DNA of 64,000 bases from Eledone cirrhosa (taxonomy: Eukaryota): contig OZ024742.1 of the NCBI GenBank assembly GCA_964016885.1, positions 110,670,001-110,734,000 on the forward strand. The letters run 5' to 3'. The translations under genes and the position numbers were made by a program. Under the pieces are notes generated by a model that made no database searches, was not told the DNA's origin, and saw only the letters and a list, made by a program, of their open reading frames with translations. Position 1 is the stretch's first letter; the number at the start of each line of letters is the position of its first letter. This document shows, one piece after another, positions 25,898 through 39,377 of the stretch.

Positions 25898-27726
25898 AAA
25901 TGAACACGCATCAGAAATTCATTCGGATATTTTGCAAGTGTGTTTGAGGGACATATCTAATGAACCAGCAGGTTGAAAACCCGTTTCCCGAGTAGGTTCC
26001 ACAAATTAGTAGTCATTGTTATAAGCTTTCAACCTAAATATCTTTTGTCTGACGAAAACACACAAGTCTTGTCTTGCCCTTTCCCTACGCTCATTAGTGT
26101 TTAATGTCATGCTCCATCTCATATGGAAGGCACAACTAAAATTATTTTGACGCACTTTAAATTCTTATTTCAACAATGTACATATATGTATTCTGTGAAC
26201 AATCGAAAAGAGTGATATAAAACATCTTCAAACAATATATATGCATGAATGAAAATACTATGTGCATACACGATAGTGTACACATATTAAACTGTTCATC
26301 TAAATATTTATTTAATGTCATCTTCAAATCATTCATAATTTCATTCAGTGAGGTTAGAATTCTATTCAACTTATTCTCTTTGATTAATACACACGTATTT
26401 ATTCTAAAGTAATCCAACAATTGAGTTAAGTTATTGGAGTATATTAATTATTTTTTAAAATGCTACCATGTGCCATAAAGCAATTCGACTTTATTACATT
26501 TTGCAGATTTTTTGCAGTTTGAAACAAAAGCTTAAAATATAAAACCATAATGTAGATACATTTTAGTAGGCGGTGAAATGGTAGAATCATTAAAGCGTAT
26601 CTACTCCGTTATGATTTCGTTCTGAGTTTGCCTGCAATGACATTGATGTCAAATTTGATCGGCTTTTGCCATACGTGGCGTGGAGAGGGGAGAAATGTAT
26701 GTAGCTTTCCACAAAACAAACAAACAAAACAAAAAACGTTTGGCATTTGTCTTGAAGATGAATTAGTCAGGAACAGATCTATCGTGCTACGAATGATACA
26801 GACGACCTGGGTAGATAGACCTTACATTCAGACGACGAAGTCAAATATTCATTAAATGTCGAATTGTGTATATTTTACCTAATATCATCAGAGATTTAAT
26901 ATCTTATTTTTAAACATTTATTTATGTTCTACATAATAAGAGGTATATGTAATATGGTTATATCCCTGTATATTCTGAATTTAAATCGTATTGAGATCAA
27001 CTTTCATTTTATTTCTCTTTGTCTAATAAAATAACAATTAAAATACTGGGGTTGCTTAATCCCTTTCATACTAAACCATTTAAAATCGCCTCTTATTCTT
27101 TGATACAAAACTTTATGTAAGAATAATTGTTAAGTTATGCTCCAAACATCTGTTTTATGAAAAAGAAGGTAAATTAGTAAATCTCCCTAAATATTTGAAA
27201 ATTCTATACAGTGTCTCTTACGAGAAGTGTGGCAACACAAAGGTTAATTGATAATGCATATTTCTGAAAAAATGAGCTAGCATTGTAAATATTACTATTA
27301 TTGAATATATATGTATATGGTAGATTCGTATAATTTCATTTAAATTAAAGACATGTGACAATTGGAACAGAACAAATGATGAAAAGTTGACCATGGTGTG
27401 ATTTGAATTCAGAACGTATAAAATAGTAACTGGATACCACAAAGCATTTTAGCTAATGCGCTACCTATAGTGTCAATCTACCTCCCTTATTTAGTATATG
27501 ATAACAATACATATGTCGAAGAATGTAAATATATTTATAAATGGAGACATTGTATTTCATATTATAGAACATCTACCTGCTGTGGTGAGGTGTGATAGTT
27601 TCTGCAGCATTAGTTGATGACAATGATATGAGGTAGGTGATGAATGCTTAATAGTGTTAAAACAAATAGAATGGGATAATAGTAAACAAGTAATGTAAAA
27701 TCTGAAGTTAATTAGAAATGGTTGGT

Positions 27727-28257
27727 GTCACCCCCTCATATCCCCCTGAAAAATTTCATACTAGCTTCTGTACCTATATTCTGTACTTTATTCTGACACT
27801 CCCATAGTAGTAACTAACATGGTTACTGCTTAAAAATGGTCTACTATATGCTAAGTAACAGAAACACAATTATGGTCGCTTTATCTAGTGTACTTATTGA
27901 GATAGAAATACCTAAAAGAGGCATACATTTGCTGTACGTTTAATTTTTGGCAATTTTCAGAGGCCTGTAGATGAAGGAATATACACGATATACTTGATTT
28001 GATAAAATATCTAAACGCTACAGAAAACGTTAGCCAAAAACACCTGATATGAAAGTTGTGCTTACCTTATTAGAGGAGAAATGGCTGTCTCAAGTTGGTC
28101 CGAGAGGCTCGTTGGGAAAAAAATGTATAATTAATCAATATTTTAAAGGACTACAATTTCAAAACTATCAAACATATGGATTTAATACTTGATATTTTTC
28201 CATCATATAGCTACAGGAACTAGTATAAGGTTTTTCAGGGAGATCTGAGGGGTGACC
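27727..28257. mobile_element. MITE-like element with ~53-bp imperfect inverted repeats
   Basis: GTCACCCCCTCATATCCCCCTGAAAAA..CTATAT at 27727 matches the reverse complement of 28205-28257; true ends and TSD not determined. Confidence 0.5.
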
Positions 28258-28689
28258 TGGGAAATCTTTCTGAAACTGGATTATTTGATATGGAATAACC
28301 CTAATCTAATATTAGCAATCGAACAATATATGTATGGAGCAAAATGGAGCAAATCATGGTTGCCATCATCTATCACCAATTCTGAACTGGCATTTCATTC
28401 AAAATCAAAAACTCCATTCATAAATAAAAATCGAAAATTGAGAACAGTAAGAAACAAAATGAAATGCCGTATCATATCTTCTACCAGGATTCTCAATAAC
28501 AATGATATCTGATCCATTCCAGTAATTGTGTGGTATATTATTTTATCGTCCTTATAAGGATGAGTTGAACTGAGAACACAAAATAAATGTATAAATAAAT
28601 AATAAAATAAAAATAGAAAACTGCAGCCTCTGAATACTGTGTGGCATATTTAACGCTGCCTTCCTCATTGCTGCTAAAATTAACCATTA

Positions 28690-28905
28690 TTTCTACTTTT
28701 GACACCAGGCTGGTAATCTGAAGGGGAGGGCGAAAGTCGATGAAATCTCCCTCAACGTTTTACTGGTACTTTATTTTATCGACCCTGCAAGGATGAAAGG
28801 CAAAACTAACCTCGGTGAGATTTGAACTTAGAACGTATAAAGTAGTAGCTATATGCAGCAAAGCATGTTGTCTGATGCTCCACCGATTACTGGTAACCCA
28901 CCACC
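28690..28905 (-). mobile_element. tRNA-derived/CORE-type SINE
   Basis: Reverse complement contains TACGTTCTAAGTTCAAAT..GAGG..TTTGCCTTTCATCC..GTCGATAAAATAAAGTACCAG..AGTAGAAA, shared with other copies. Confidence 0.75.
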
Positions 28906-29672
28906 CCTGCTAAACCTAATAATAACACCATTTGTGTGTCCTAGCAACACAGATCTTCTACTTAACTGCCTGTAACACCGGATGTGGTAACTTGATACTA
29001 AATGTCTGGGAATTGAAACCATGAGCTATTAAATTGAATGCTATTTCGGCTGGATAATTACTTTGGCATAAAGACATTCTCACTAGCTGAAACAGTCGGA
29101 ACTTATGCAGAGAACAATGAAATATTTCCTTTCTCAATAACAATTTCAATTGTTTGAAGTTCGATTTTATTTCTCTGATCTTTAATGCGTTGTTTTCATC
29201 AAGCCACTATTAAATCTAACGGAGAAACAGAACGACAGGGAATAGCAAGACAATAAAACAGATACTGCCACTGTAAAGACGATATCCGATCATATAATAG
29301 TTGCATCTAACATTTTAAGATCAAGAGATAACGGCATTTGTGACGGAGAGAACAACCACATCTGAAGATATTTTAAATGGCGAACATGATATAGGAAACA
29401 TCTAACGTGGCTCGATCTTTTCAACCACTTCAAGATATGATCAACATTTGAAGTGAACGAAATAAAAAAAGGAAATAGATTAGGCATTTTGTTCTTAGTA
29501 ATCGGTATCAATATCCTAAAGAGCATTTGGGAGATTTGGCCAGAGAAAAGAATATTTGAAAATAAAATTATATACTCATCCTACATTTAAATGAATGAAA
29601 TATCTAAATGTGTCTGTGTATGTTTCTCGCTAAATATCAATTTGTTTCTCTATTAGTCTTTCCCCCCCCCCA

Positions 29673-29710
<38 letters not shown>

Positions 29711-29822
29711 TATATTTTATATATATCATATATTTTATATATATTTATATATATATATATGTGTGTATATATATATATATATTCATATATATATATTATG
29801 TATTATATATATCATATATATA

Positions 29823-29985
29823 AGGGCGGTGGATCGGCAGTATCGGTAGAGGGTCGGACGCCATGCTTTCCAGCATAGTTACGTCCCTTTACGATCTGAG
29901 TTCAAATCCCGCGCAGGTTGATAAAATAAAGTACCAGTAATGCACTGGGTATTTGCTGGACTTGTGCCTAAAGTAGAAACAATTA
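29823..29985 (+). mobile_element. SINE (same family, internally deleted)
   Basis: GGCGG.GG..CGGCAG.ATCG.TAG A-box-like head, GAGTTCAAATCC B box, GATAAAATAAAGTACCAG and AGTAGAAAC tail. Confidence 0.75.
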
Positions 29986-30008
29986 TATATATCATATTTT
30001 ATATATAC

Positions 30009-30045
<37 letters not shown>

Positions 30046-30049
30046 CAAG

Positions 30050-30170
30050 TGAAGGCGTGTGGCTGAGTGGTTAGAGAATTGGATTCGAAATCGTAAGGTT
30101 GTGAGTTCGATTCCTGGACTAGGCGATGCGTTATGTCCTTGAGCAAGACACTTTATTTCACGTTGCTCCT
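30050..30170 (+). mobile_element. tRNA-derived SINE, second family (5' part)
   Basis: A box TGGCTGAGTGG, B box GAGTTCGATTCC, followed by GTCCTTGAGCAAGACACT; related fragments on the minus strand near 16025-16100 and 43550-43600. Confidence 0.7.
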
Positions 30171-30709
30171 TCTACCTGGAGTTGCGACCGATAGATAGTA
30201 TTAGCAATTGGAAAGACCAACGGAAACATTGTTCCCTCGGTCCGATTTGACGAAAGTCGATCGTTCCTTTTATATATATAATTATTAAAATATTATATAG
30301 TGAGAGAGAGAAAGAGAGATTGTTAGATAGATAGATAGAGAGACTAAGAGAGAAAATTGATATTTAACTATAAACACGTATCGTATATGTATATAGTTTA
30401 ATACATTGTATCTGCACAGTTTATATATAGTTGTACATTATGTTATAGATATATCTCTTTACCTATAAGCAGATATTTTTATGCAATACTCTCTTTAGGT
30501 AATCTTGGGTGGTATGTTCAATCTGTCGCCTATTTTATGACTACTACCTGTCTCTTTCGTAACATTAGTTGTATCCCCGATGCTACAGTCATTCATACAA
30601 TCTCACGGATGGCTCCTTTATTCCTCCTATCAATCTGAGAGCTGTTGCAAAGGGTCACGACGTTGCCTTTGATCGTTTTACTGGGACATAGAAAATATGT
30701 TTACACACA

Positions 30710-30750
<41 letters not shown>

Positions 30751-30848
30751 ATAATAATAAATTTGAAGACTAAAATCCAAAGAGGGCTCGATAAGGATAA
30801 ATATATATCAAATATATAAGAACCATAGAGCAAATATTTATTAAAATA

Positions 30849-30924
30849 ACAGATTAAAGTTTAAGCAAAGAATCGCTGCTTTCACCCTTAACGGGATCTT
30901 CTGAAACTAACAAAGTCAATCTGT
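30849..30924 (-). ncRNA. Variant type I hammerhead (CAGAAGA core)
   Basis: Reverse complement of 32155-32230. Confidence 0.6.
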
Positions 30925-32154
30925 AAACGCAGAACTGGATATTTCAAAAAACGTTGCAACCGGAGGAAGACAGGAAGACGATACTTTGGTTCGTGGAAAC
31001 GTTCCCTGGCAAAGAACGGGAAAAAACGAATATAATACGTCATTAATACGAGCGGTGAAAAACAATTACGTGCAAAGACAGAACCACGTTTATGGTATAA
31101 AAGGGGTCGTAAACTAATGTTCTCTTAGATGGTTCATAGAGACGTTCTCTGGCAATGAACGGAAAAAACGAAGATAATACGTCATATGTGGAGCGTGGAG
31201 AACAATTGCACGCAAAGACAAAACCACGTAAATGGTATAGCAGAAGTCGTAGACTAAAATTCTAACTAGGAGACTGTGGTAGCTAAGTATATGTTTTGTT
31301 TATACCATTACTTATTTGCATAGGTAAGTATATATTACCTGTATGTTTTGTCAAGGTACGTATACCTTCTCGTACGTATATTTGATTGTATATGTTATGG
31401 CGTATAATTTTATATATTCTGGTACATATGGTTTGGTTATGAGTATACGGGAGTTTTGCGTCTGTGTGAGTATGCAGGTTCGTACGTATGTAGGGTGTGT
31501 GTATATGTGTACTTCATGTTTTGGTTGACTTATGTCTCCGAATATTTGTAGGTATGTATGTGCGCTTGTTATATACGTATTTATTTATTTATATACGTTT
31601 ATTTAATTATTTATTTATTTGTATACACGCATACACACACACATATATTTATATGTGTGTGGTTTTGTATACCTATGGTAAGTGTTTTCGCGTATGCTTG
31701 TGTATGTACGTATTTGTATGCGTGTATGTATTTATTTAATTTCTGTTACCTCTGTATTGTATTTATTTACTTTGTTCTTAACTCTGAAGCGGAGATTCAT
31801 TCGGTCTCCTAGTTAGAATTTTAATCTACGACTTCTGCTATACCATTTACGTGGTTTTGTCTTTGCGTGCAATTTTTCTCCACGCTCCACATATGACGTA
31901 TTATCTTCGTTTTTTTTCGTTAATTGTCAGAGAACGTCTCTACGAACCACCTAAGAGAACATTAGTTTACAACCACTTTTATACCATAAACACGGTTCTG
32001 TCTTTGCGCGTAATTGTTTTTCACCGCTCCTATTAATGACGTATTATATTCGTTTTTTCCCGTTCTTTGCCAGGGAACGTTTCCACGAACCAAAGTATCG
32101 TCTTCCTGTCTTCCTCCGGTTGCAACGTTTTTTGAAATATCCACTTCTGCGTTT

Positions 32155-32230
32155 ACAGATTGACTTTGTTAGTTTCAGAAGATCCCGTTAAGGGTGAAAG
32201 CAGCGATTCTTTGCTTAAACTTTAATCTGT
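32155..32230 (+). ncRNA. Variant type I hammerhead (CAGAAGA core, U.U closing stem II)
   Basis: ACAGATTGA(bulge CTTTGTT)AGTTT-CAGAAGA-T-CCC(GTTAA)GGG-T-GAAA-GCAG..TTGC-TT-AAACT-TTAATCTGT. Confidence 0.65.
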
Positions 32231-32526
32231 TATTTTAATAAATATATATATATTTATATATAAATATTTGGTCTACGGTTCTTATATATTTGATATATAT
32301 TTATCCTTATCGAGCCCTCTTTGGATTTTAGTCTTCAAATTTATTATTATTACTATATATATATATATATAATTATATATATAAATGAAGCATTGCTTCA
32401 TTTATACAGCTCCAACCGGGATTGATCGCAGTATAATTATATATATATAAAATTATATATATATAATTGTATCTACTTCACTTTACGTGGCGTATCACAC
32501 GAACACACGAACGCACACACACACAC

Positions 32527-32664
<138 letters not shown>

Positions 32665-34020
32665 ACACATACACACATCATTATAAATATATATATATTA
32701 ATAGAAAAATGAGAAAAGCCATCGCTAGAACAGCCGTTAAAATAGCCAAATGCTGCAAAAATGCCCCCGAGGACAGCGGTCGGCAAAGAGACAACCTCCT
32801 GAGGTGGGTGACATCCAGATGAAATATAGTGAAGAATGAGAAGGGAGGAGGTCAAGGAGAGGTGTATTGGCGCATAGAAATTATCGGAAGAAGTATATAA
32901 ATAAAGGCGATGTACAAGACAAAAGTACACACACACACACACACACACATACACATACACATCGTCACCCTCATCAGCTCTCAAATCAACAAATGGTTTC
33001 GCATGCTTTAATTAAATCTTGTTCATCTCTAGCCGCTGGTCCCTGCTCTCAGGAGCCTTTCTGTCTATCGCTGATATCCAAGCCAAAACTATATATACCC
33101 GCTTGATCTTGTGGAAGCCTTTATAAAAAGAAAGTGTAGCAACATTCAGTCTCTGAAGAGACTTCACCAGGGAAACGTGTCTCGCTGAGTGCACACATTT
33201 CCACCTCCTAGACACCAAATCCTATTTCTCAGGAGGTACATCTGTTACAGGAACAGAAAAAAACATGAGAATGTGAGCATTCCAGTCCCTAAGAAAGAAA
33301 ATATTGTTTTGAGGATCCATTTATATGTCCGATCATATTGAGGGAATGAGTCATGTATATATATATATATATTGTTATACTTGGGGAGGGTCATATTTTT
33401 ATAATATAGCCAGAAATAACAGAACACACTCACTGTTTGATTTGGGTTGGTTTTCGCATCTGTATCATTTATATCTCCATAGTTAATTCATTTGGCAATC
33501 AATGTTTATCATTGATTTACCAACGGTTAAAAGTACATATATAAGTATATATATATAGTATATAAAAGATCTTTCGTCGCACACCTGCGACATCATCAGT
33601 GGTACTATTAGGTTTCTCCCATTGTAATGCCTACGACATTTTTATTTAATTAATCAATTTATTTATTTTTGTCTCTGTCTGCGCATGCGTTTGCGCGTGT
33701 GTTAAATGTTTGGTGTGTGTTTTTGTTTTTGTATTCTATCTTTGTTCACTAGTGTGTATTTATATGTGTTTGTTGTTATGACCAAGTATAACAATATTTG
33801 TTTCGACACACGATTTCATATCAAAAACCTTGTAAACGAAATATATATATATATATATATGTCCCAAGGCTCTGATACCATCAACACTATACACACAGAG
33901 CTGGCATATCTAAGAACTGACTAACGGCCTGATGAGGCCATAGCCATTCAATGGGTATCATCGAAATATATACAGCAGTAAATAAAGGATTATGAGTTCA
34001 TGCAATTGACTTATGTTTCG

Positions 34021-34095
<75 letters not shown>

Positions 34096-34890
34096 CTCGG
34101 TGTGTTTGTAAACAAACAACCCGTATTAAGCCGTAGTGTCCAGCAGCCATCGTTGCTCGTTTGTTCAACACTGACAAAGGAACGCTGTACTAGTTTCAAG
34201 CTTATTAGCTATCGTCAGCAACGTATACCTTATTGCCAGATTGTTGAACGTATATACTTACCTTATGCATATTAACGGCTGAGAAGCCTAATTTGCATAT
34301 CGAGTGGGTTAATCGGCCGGGTGCACCGAAAACGATAAACGGAAAAAATGAAACGAAATTTCATTTCCCACTCTTAGTACGGCTGTTACTTAAATATAAG
34401 TATGTACACGTACATACATATATGTACACAGACATACAGTAGTATGTATTGTATATATACATACATACACACATATATATATGTACGTATGGATTCACCG
34501 AACATTTATTATAATGCTCGGTGTGTTTGTAAACAAACATCCCGTATTAAGCCGTAGTGTCTAGCAACCATCGTTGCTCGTTTGTTCAACACTGACAAAG
34601 GAACGATGTACTAGTTTGAGCGTTCCTTTGTCAGGGTTGAACAAACGAACAACGATGGTTGTTGGACACTACGGCTTAATACGGGATGTTTGTTTACAAA
34701 CACACCGAGCATTATAATAAATGTTCGGTGAATCCATACGTACATATATATATGTATGCATGTATGTATATATACATACATACTACTGTACGTCTGTGTA
34801 CATATAAGTATGTACGTGTACATACTTATATTTAAGTAACAGCCGTACTAAGAGTGGAAAATGAAATTTCGTTTCATTTTTTCCGTTTAT
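34096..34890. mobile_element. Retrozyme-like array (same family as 22920-24180), ~421-nt unit, inversion at ~34618
   Basis: Repeat of CTCGGTGTGTTTGTAAAC at 34096 and 34517; inverted arm 34619-34890. Confidence 0.75.
34183..34223 (-). ncRNA. Minimal type I hammerhead (U.U closing stem II)
   Basis: CGTTG-CTGACGA-TAGCT(AATA)AGCTT-GAAA-CTAG-TA-CAGCG; stem I differs from the 23196 copy but still pairs. Confidence 0.75.
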
Positions 34891-34902
34891 ATATAATATA
34901 TA

Positions 34903-34980
<78 letters not shown>

Positions 34981-35622
34981 CGTGTGTGTTTGTGTGTATG
35001 TGTGTGTGTCTGCATGCGTATATATATACACACACATATACATATTCATTAGTATAGGTAGGAAACAGCTTTCCACTCAAACATGTTATATTGAAAACTT
35101 GTCTGTGCTCCAGTTTGATCTGTTTTTCAACTAAAGATGTTTTGTATTAGTTTGGAAAAGATGTGTACCTACATCTACATCTGTATTAATATTTCAAATA
35201 TATCGCAGCTCCATCTTTAGAATCCCTATGGTCATAATAGTTGCTTTCTGGTATCGTGCTTAACTTTCGTCATTTGTAGTATGTTTTGCACTTTACCAGA
35301 TTGTGGTGGCATGTCAATGAGGAGGTTTAATCTTTGGCATTCTTTGTAGCATAATCTAGCTGAGTTTCTGGTTACGATCAATAGATAGCCTGTCGTGTTT
35401 TATGTACTTTTTAAAACGAGATCTAGATATGCTATAGAAAATTATAAGACGAAATTTAGCCAGTCTACGTAAAAGAAGCCGAACTAAGAAGACATAAACA
35501 AGTCACATATTTGGTATACTGTAAGAAGTAAATGCAGCCTCGTGAATGGATAAACACCCCGTTAAAAAGTCACAAAACAAAACACTATTATTTGCAAAAA
35601 TCTCTTTTTCACCCCATTATGT

Positions 35623-36350
35623 AAATATCAAGATAAATTAACGGAGCCATAGACTCTAGTTATTCCCTGTAAATTATGTGCTCAAAGGAAAAGGAATCCT
35701 GAGCTCTTTAAAATACAATATGTAGAAATAAAATACAATATGTAGAAAGAGTAACACACAAGAGAGAGAGAGAGAGGGGGAGAGAGAGAGAGAAAAGCGA
35801 GAGAGAGAGAGAGCGAGAGAGAGAGCGTGTGCCATCAACAAAACAGGGAAACCACCAGTGTATGGAATCTATAACCTATGGAGGGCAGGGTAGACACACG
35901 ATAATTAAAAATATAAATTAAAATGCGCATACACACCTCTATAAATATATAACACACGCGTACAAATCCAAAGAGATCTGTTTCGCCAGGAAGTTGTTGA
36001 CTGAAATGGAAGTGCCTATGGATCATCAGCGTGTGTAAGACTATACAATACAGACAACTCTAAGAAAATATAAGATAACCGTCCTGCAACACGCGGCAGA
36101 GAGATGTGACATCGTGCATAGGACAGTGAACCAGTGGTATCTGAGGGACGAACTGCTAGAAATGGGGCAGCCCAAAACCACTCAAAGAGATGTGCTCAAC
36201 CCAACAGAGAGAGAGGAAAGACTGTTATAAGGAGTGAAATATCAAGATAAATTAACGGAGCCATAGACTCTCGTTATTCCCTGTAAATTATGTACTCAAA
36301 AGAAAAGGAATCCTGAGCTCTTTAAAATACAATATGTAGAAAGGGTAACA

Positions 36351-36428
<78 letters not shown>

Positions 36429-36727
36429 TGTGCCATCAATAAAACAGAAACCACCAGTGTATGGAATCTATAACCTATGGAAGGCAAGGTAGACACACTA
36501 TAATTAAGAATATAAATTAAAATGCGCCAAATGACCCATAGGCGCTTCTATTTCAGTCAATAATTTCTTGGCGAAACAGATCTCTTTGGATTTGTACGCG
36601 TGTGTTATATAGTTATAGAGGTGCATATATGCATTTTAATTTATATTTTTAATTATTGTGTGTCTATCCTGCCTCCCATAGGTTATAGATTCCATACACT
36701 GGTGGTTTCCCTGTTTTATTGATGGCA

Positions 36728-36789
<62 letters not shown>

Positions 36790-36799
36790 TGTGTTACCC

Positions 36800-36803
<4 letters not shown>
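35623..36803. mobile_element. Non-coding HHR-bearing partial tandem (~610-nt unit containing (GA)n) with inverted arm 36531-36803
   Basis: AAATATCAAGATAAATTAACGGAGCC repeated at 35623 and 36237; the inverted copy starts inside the HHR core. Confidence 0.75.
35954..36036 (-). ncRNA. Type I hammerhead, 38-nt stem II domain, U.C closing
   Basis: ACACACG-CTGATGA-T-CCA..TGG-C-GAAA-CAGATC(TCTTTG)GATTTG-TA-CGCGTGT. Confidence 0.7.
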
Positions 36804-36874
<71 letters not shown>

Positions 36875-36936
36875 ACAGAAATGGTCGCATTCTTTAAGGG
36901 TATGTCAATATTTATTTATAAAACTGATCTATATTA

Positions 36937-37000
36937 TATTTTATCTGATGAAAGCACACCATAATAGACTTGGTGTTTTTGAAATATGTATAATGAAATA
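36937..37000 (+). ncRNA. Type I hammerhead in a solo pLTR fragment (36872-37042)
   Basis: TATTTTAT-CTGATGA-AAGCACACCA(TAATAGACT)TGGTGTTTTT-GAAA-TATGTA-TA-ATGAAATA. Confidence 0.8.
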
Positions 37001-37894
37001 AATATGGTTTTATAAATATCGTTTCCATTTGTTAATATATCGTATATATATATATATGTATATATGTGTGTCTATATATGTATTTATGTGTGTGTGCTTG
37101 TGTGTGTATGTTTCTTTGTGTATATGATAGCATTTGGCACATTTATTACGGCCATTCATTGATATACCATCTAATTAATGATTGCTTCTCCCCACAGAAA
37201 GTTAAAGTAACGGAAATATTGTCAAATTTATCTTTAATATTTTTATAGACTGCTTTAACATTAGAAGTCAGCTTGTAAAGGTTTGTTCTCAATCAAAGTA
37301 TGTAGATTCTAAATGTCGATAGAAAATACCGCCATATCATGGTTTAAACGAATAATACACATTTGTAAAAGACAAGAAACTTTCCATATAAAATCTGGTA
37401 ACTACTCGTGAAAAATGATTGACATAGAAGGAAGTGTCTTGTACATTGATTCAGCGTAAAACAAGTTCTTGAAATCTAGTATTCTATCTCCCTTGCTACG
37501 TGGAATAGTCTAAACACAGTTTACTGTTCAATATAAACGTCACCAAGCACCGGAGACAGATACTTGAGAGTCTGTGGTTAGGTTCATTTAAACGAATAAT
37601 AAGTAATGCTTTCACTGGATATGATGGCTGCCAATAACAAAGATTCCCATGTAATATACTCAATATTACCAATAGTTGGACTGACTGATAAGAATAAAGT
37701 TCAGCGTACTGCTAAAATTAAATATTACATCAAACTGATTTATCTTTCCGCTCGCGCATTAGATAATGCAAATTTTAAAAATAATTAGAATTTTCCTATT
37801 TTAAACTATTAATTTATAACCTTTTACTTTCGCGTGGTTTAGAAACGCAGTAGAACCGAGAAAACTAGCAATGTTCAACCGAGGTAAAAAAAGT

Positions 37895-37998
37895 GATTGT
37901 TTCTACTTTAGGCACAAGGCCAGCAATTACCAGTGCATTACTGGTACTTTATTTTATCGACCCCGTAAGGATGAAAGACAAAGTCAACCTCGGCGGGA
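37895..37998 (-). mobile_element. SINE 3' fragment
   Basis: Matches the 28690 and 29823 family. Confidence 0.7.
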
Positions 37999-39084
37999 GT
38001 AATACAAATGCTTTAGACAATGAAATATATTTCATATCCTTCTTGGATGAAAGAGAGAGGGAGAGAAAGGAAGATTGAAACCGATAGATAGATAGATAGA
38101 TAGATACATAGATAGATAGAGAAAGAGAGGAAGAGAGAGACTAAGGTTTTTATTATTGCGGGGCGAAAATGCTAAGCACAAAAATAAGTGGATAATCATT
38201 ATCAATGGCTGGAGATGGAAGTCATAAAAGAAACATCAACACATGATGGTGTAATATATTTTGGATGTCTAACGTGTCGAGGGGAGGTTGTGTGTGTCGA
38301 GTGAGAGTTAGTGTTGAATAGTGTAAAAGTGGTATATGTTGTGTGGGAGTTGTACGTTCTTTATATAAATAATATGGAGGAGGAATTGTCAATATAATAT
38401 ATTTATATATTAGTTGAACTGTTCGGGGTTGATAATAGGGATAGGACCATATTTTCCTTGATATAACGTGATTACACAGGAAAAATATGGTCATTTCTAT
38501 CGATAACTGAATAGTCAATACTATACTCTCATAAAATAAATAGCTTAATGTTTTCCATAACATTTTCCATCTATATTTCTTTTATATTCCTGAATGTTTC
38601 TGTATCTAATGATTGTCCTCACATTTATCTCTCTATTGATTATAGAGACACCTACTCACATCCCTATTTTTACGTTTCTTCAATTGATTTTACTCACACT
38701 AAAACTGCCATCTTTGACTATATCATCTATGTAGTAAAATCTCACATTTTCTTCCCCAATCAAATTCTGTTCATTCACAGAATAGTTTTACACCTGGTCA
38801 CCTTGTCTTGTCAGCATTCTATCATCTGAAATTTTTCCTAATCCTCTTCTCCTATGAGTTCCAAGAGGAAGAAAAGCTTCCTGTATAATGTTTCATTAGA
38901 AGCTTCATTCTCTCTTGTAGTTCACAGTTAAAGACACATTTAGAAACGCCCATTAGTATTGCTACACTTCTCCTTTGAGTCCCATAGTTACTTTAATTAT
39001 TAATCCCAAATTTCAGGAATGGCGGTTTTATAAGCAGTGCTTCTGTGGACAGTTATGGAGGGTACATATCCACTAATATGACCT

Positions 39085-39377
39085 CAGTGCATGACATGAA
39101 AATAATCCGGCTGATCATTCTCTTTCTGACTACGAACATATACATACACAACAGCCTCCGCGAACGCATGACTGTCCATAGATCCCAAATTAAAATACGG
39201 GAATACAGGAAAAAACCACTGAGTGAACACATTGATACCTGTGCCGCCCAAAATCATCCCAACTTCAGAATCTTTCCCCTCTACAAATTTAAAGATAATG
39301 CCACCCACACCCAGCGCATCAGCAAGGAATCTTACTTCATTAACAAATACGGACCCCGTCTAAACACTTCTCCCTAA
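39085..39377 (+). pseudogene. Neptune-like PLE GIY-YIG C-terminal fragment; putative 3' UTR extends to ~40830
   Basis: SLRERMTVHRSQIK..LSEHIDTC..FRIFP..R..KESYFINKY.P.LN; homologous to 55220-55460. Confidence 0.75.

Larger units (their letters stand above)
30746..32354 (+). mobile_element. PLE-type non-coding 3' fragment with 5' inverted pLTR (arms 30746-31274 and 31804-32354)
   Basis: ~530-bp inverted repeats; (TA)n on both flanks; HHR in both arms. Confidence 0.8.

Noticed and set aside
28958-29526. Possible host exons (non-repetitive short ORFs)
   Set aside because: No recognisable domain or supported splice structure.
30050-30125. tRNA gene
   Set aside because: A/B boxes are present, but it runs into SINE body sequence and lacks a proper acceptor stem.
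33916-33980. Hammerhead-like CTGATGA..C-GAAA-TATA-TA
   Set aside because: Stem I does not pair next to the core and stem II has several mismatches; at best a decayed copy.
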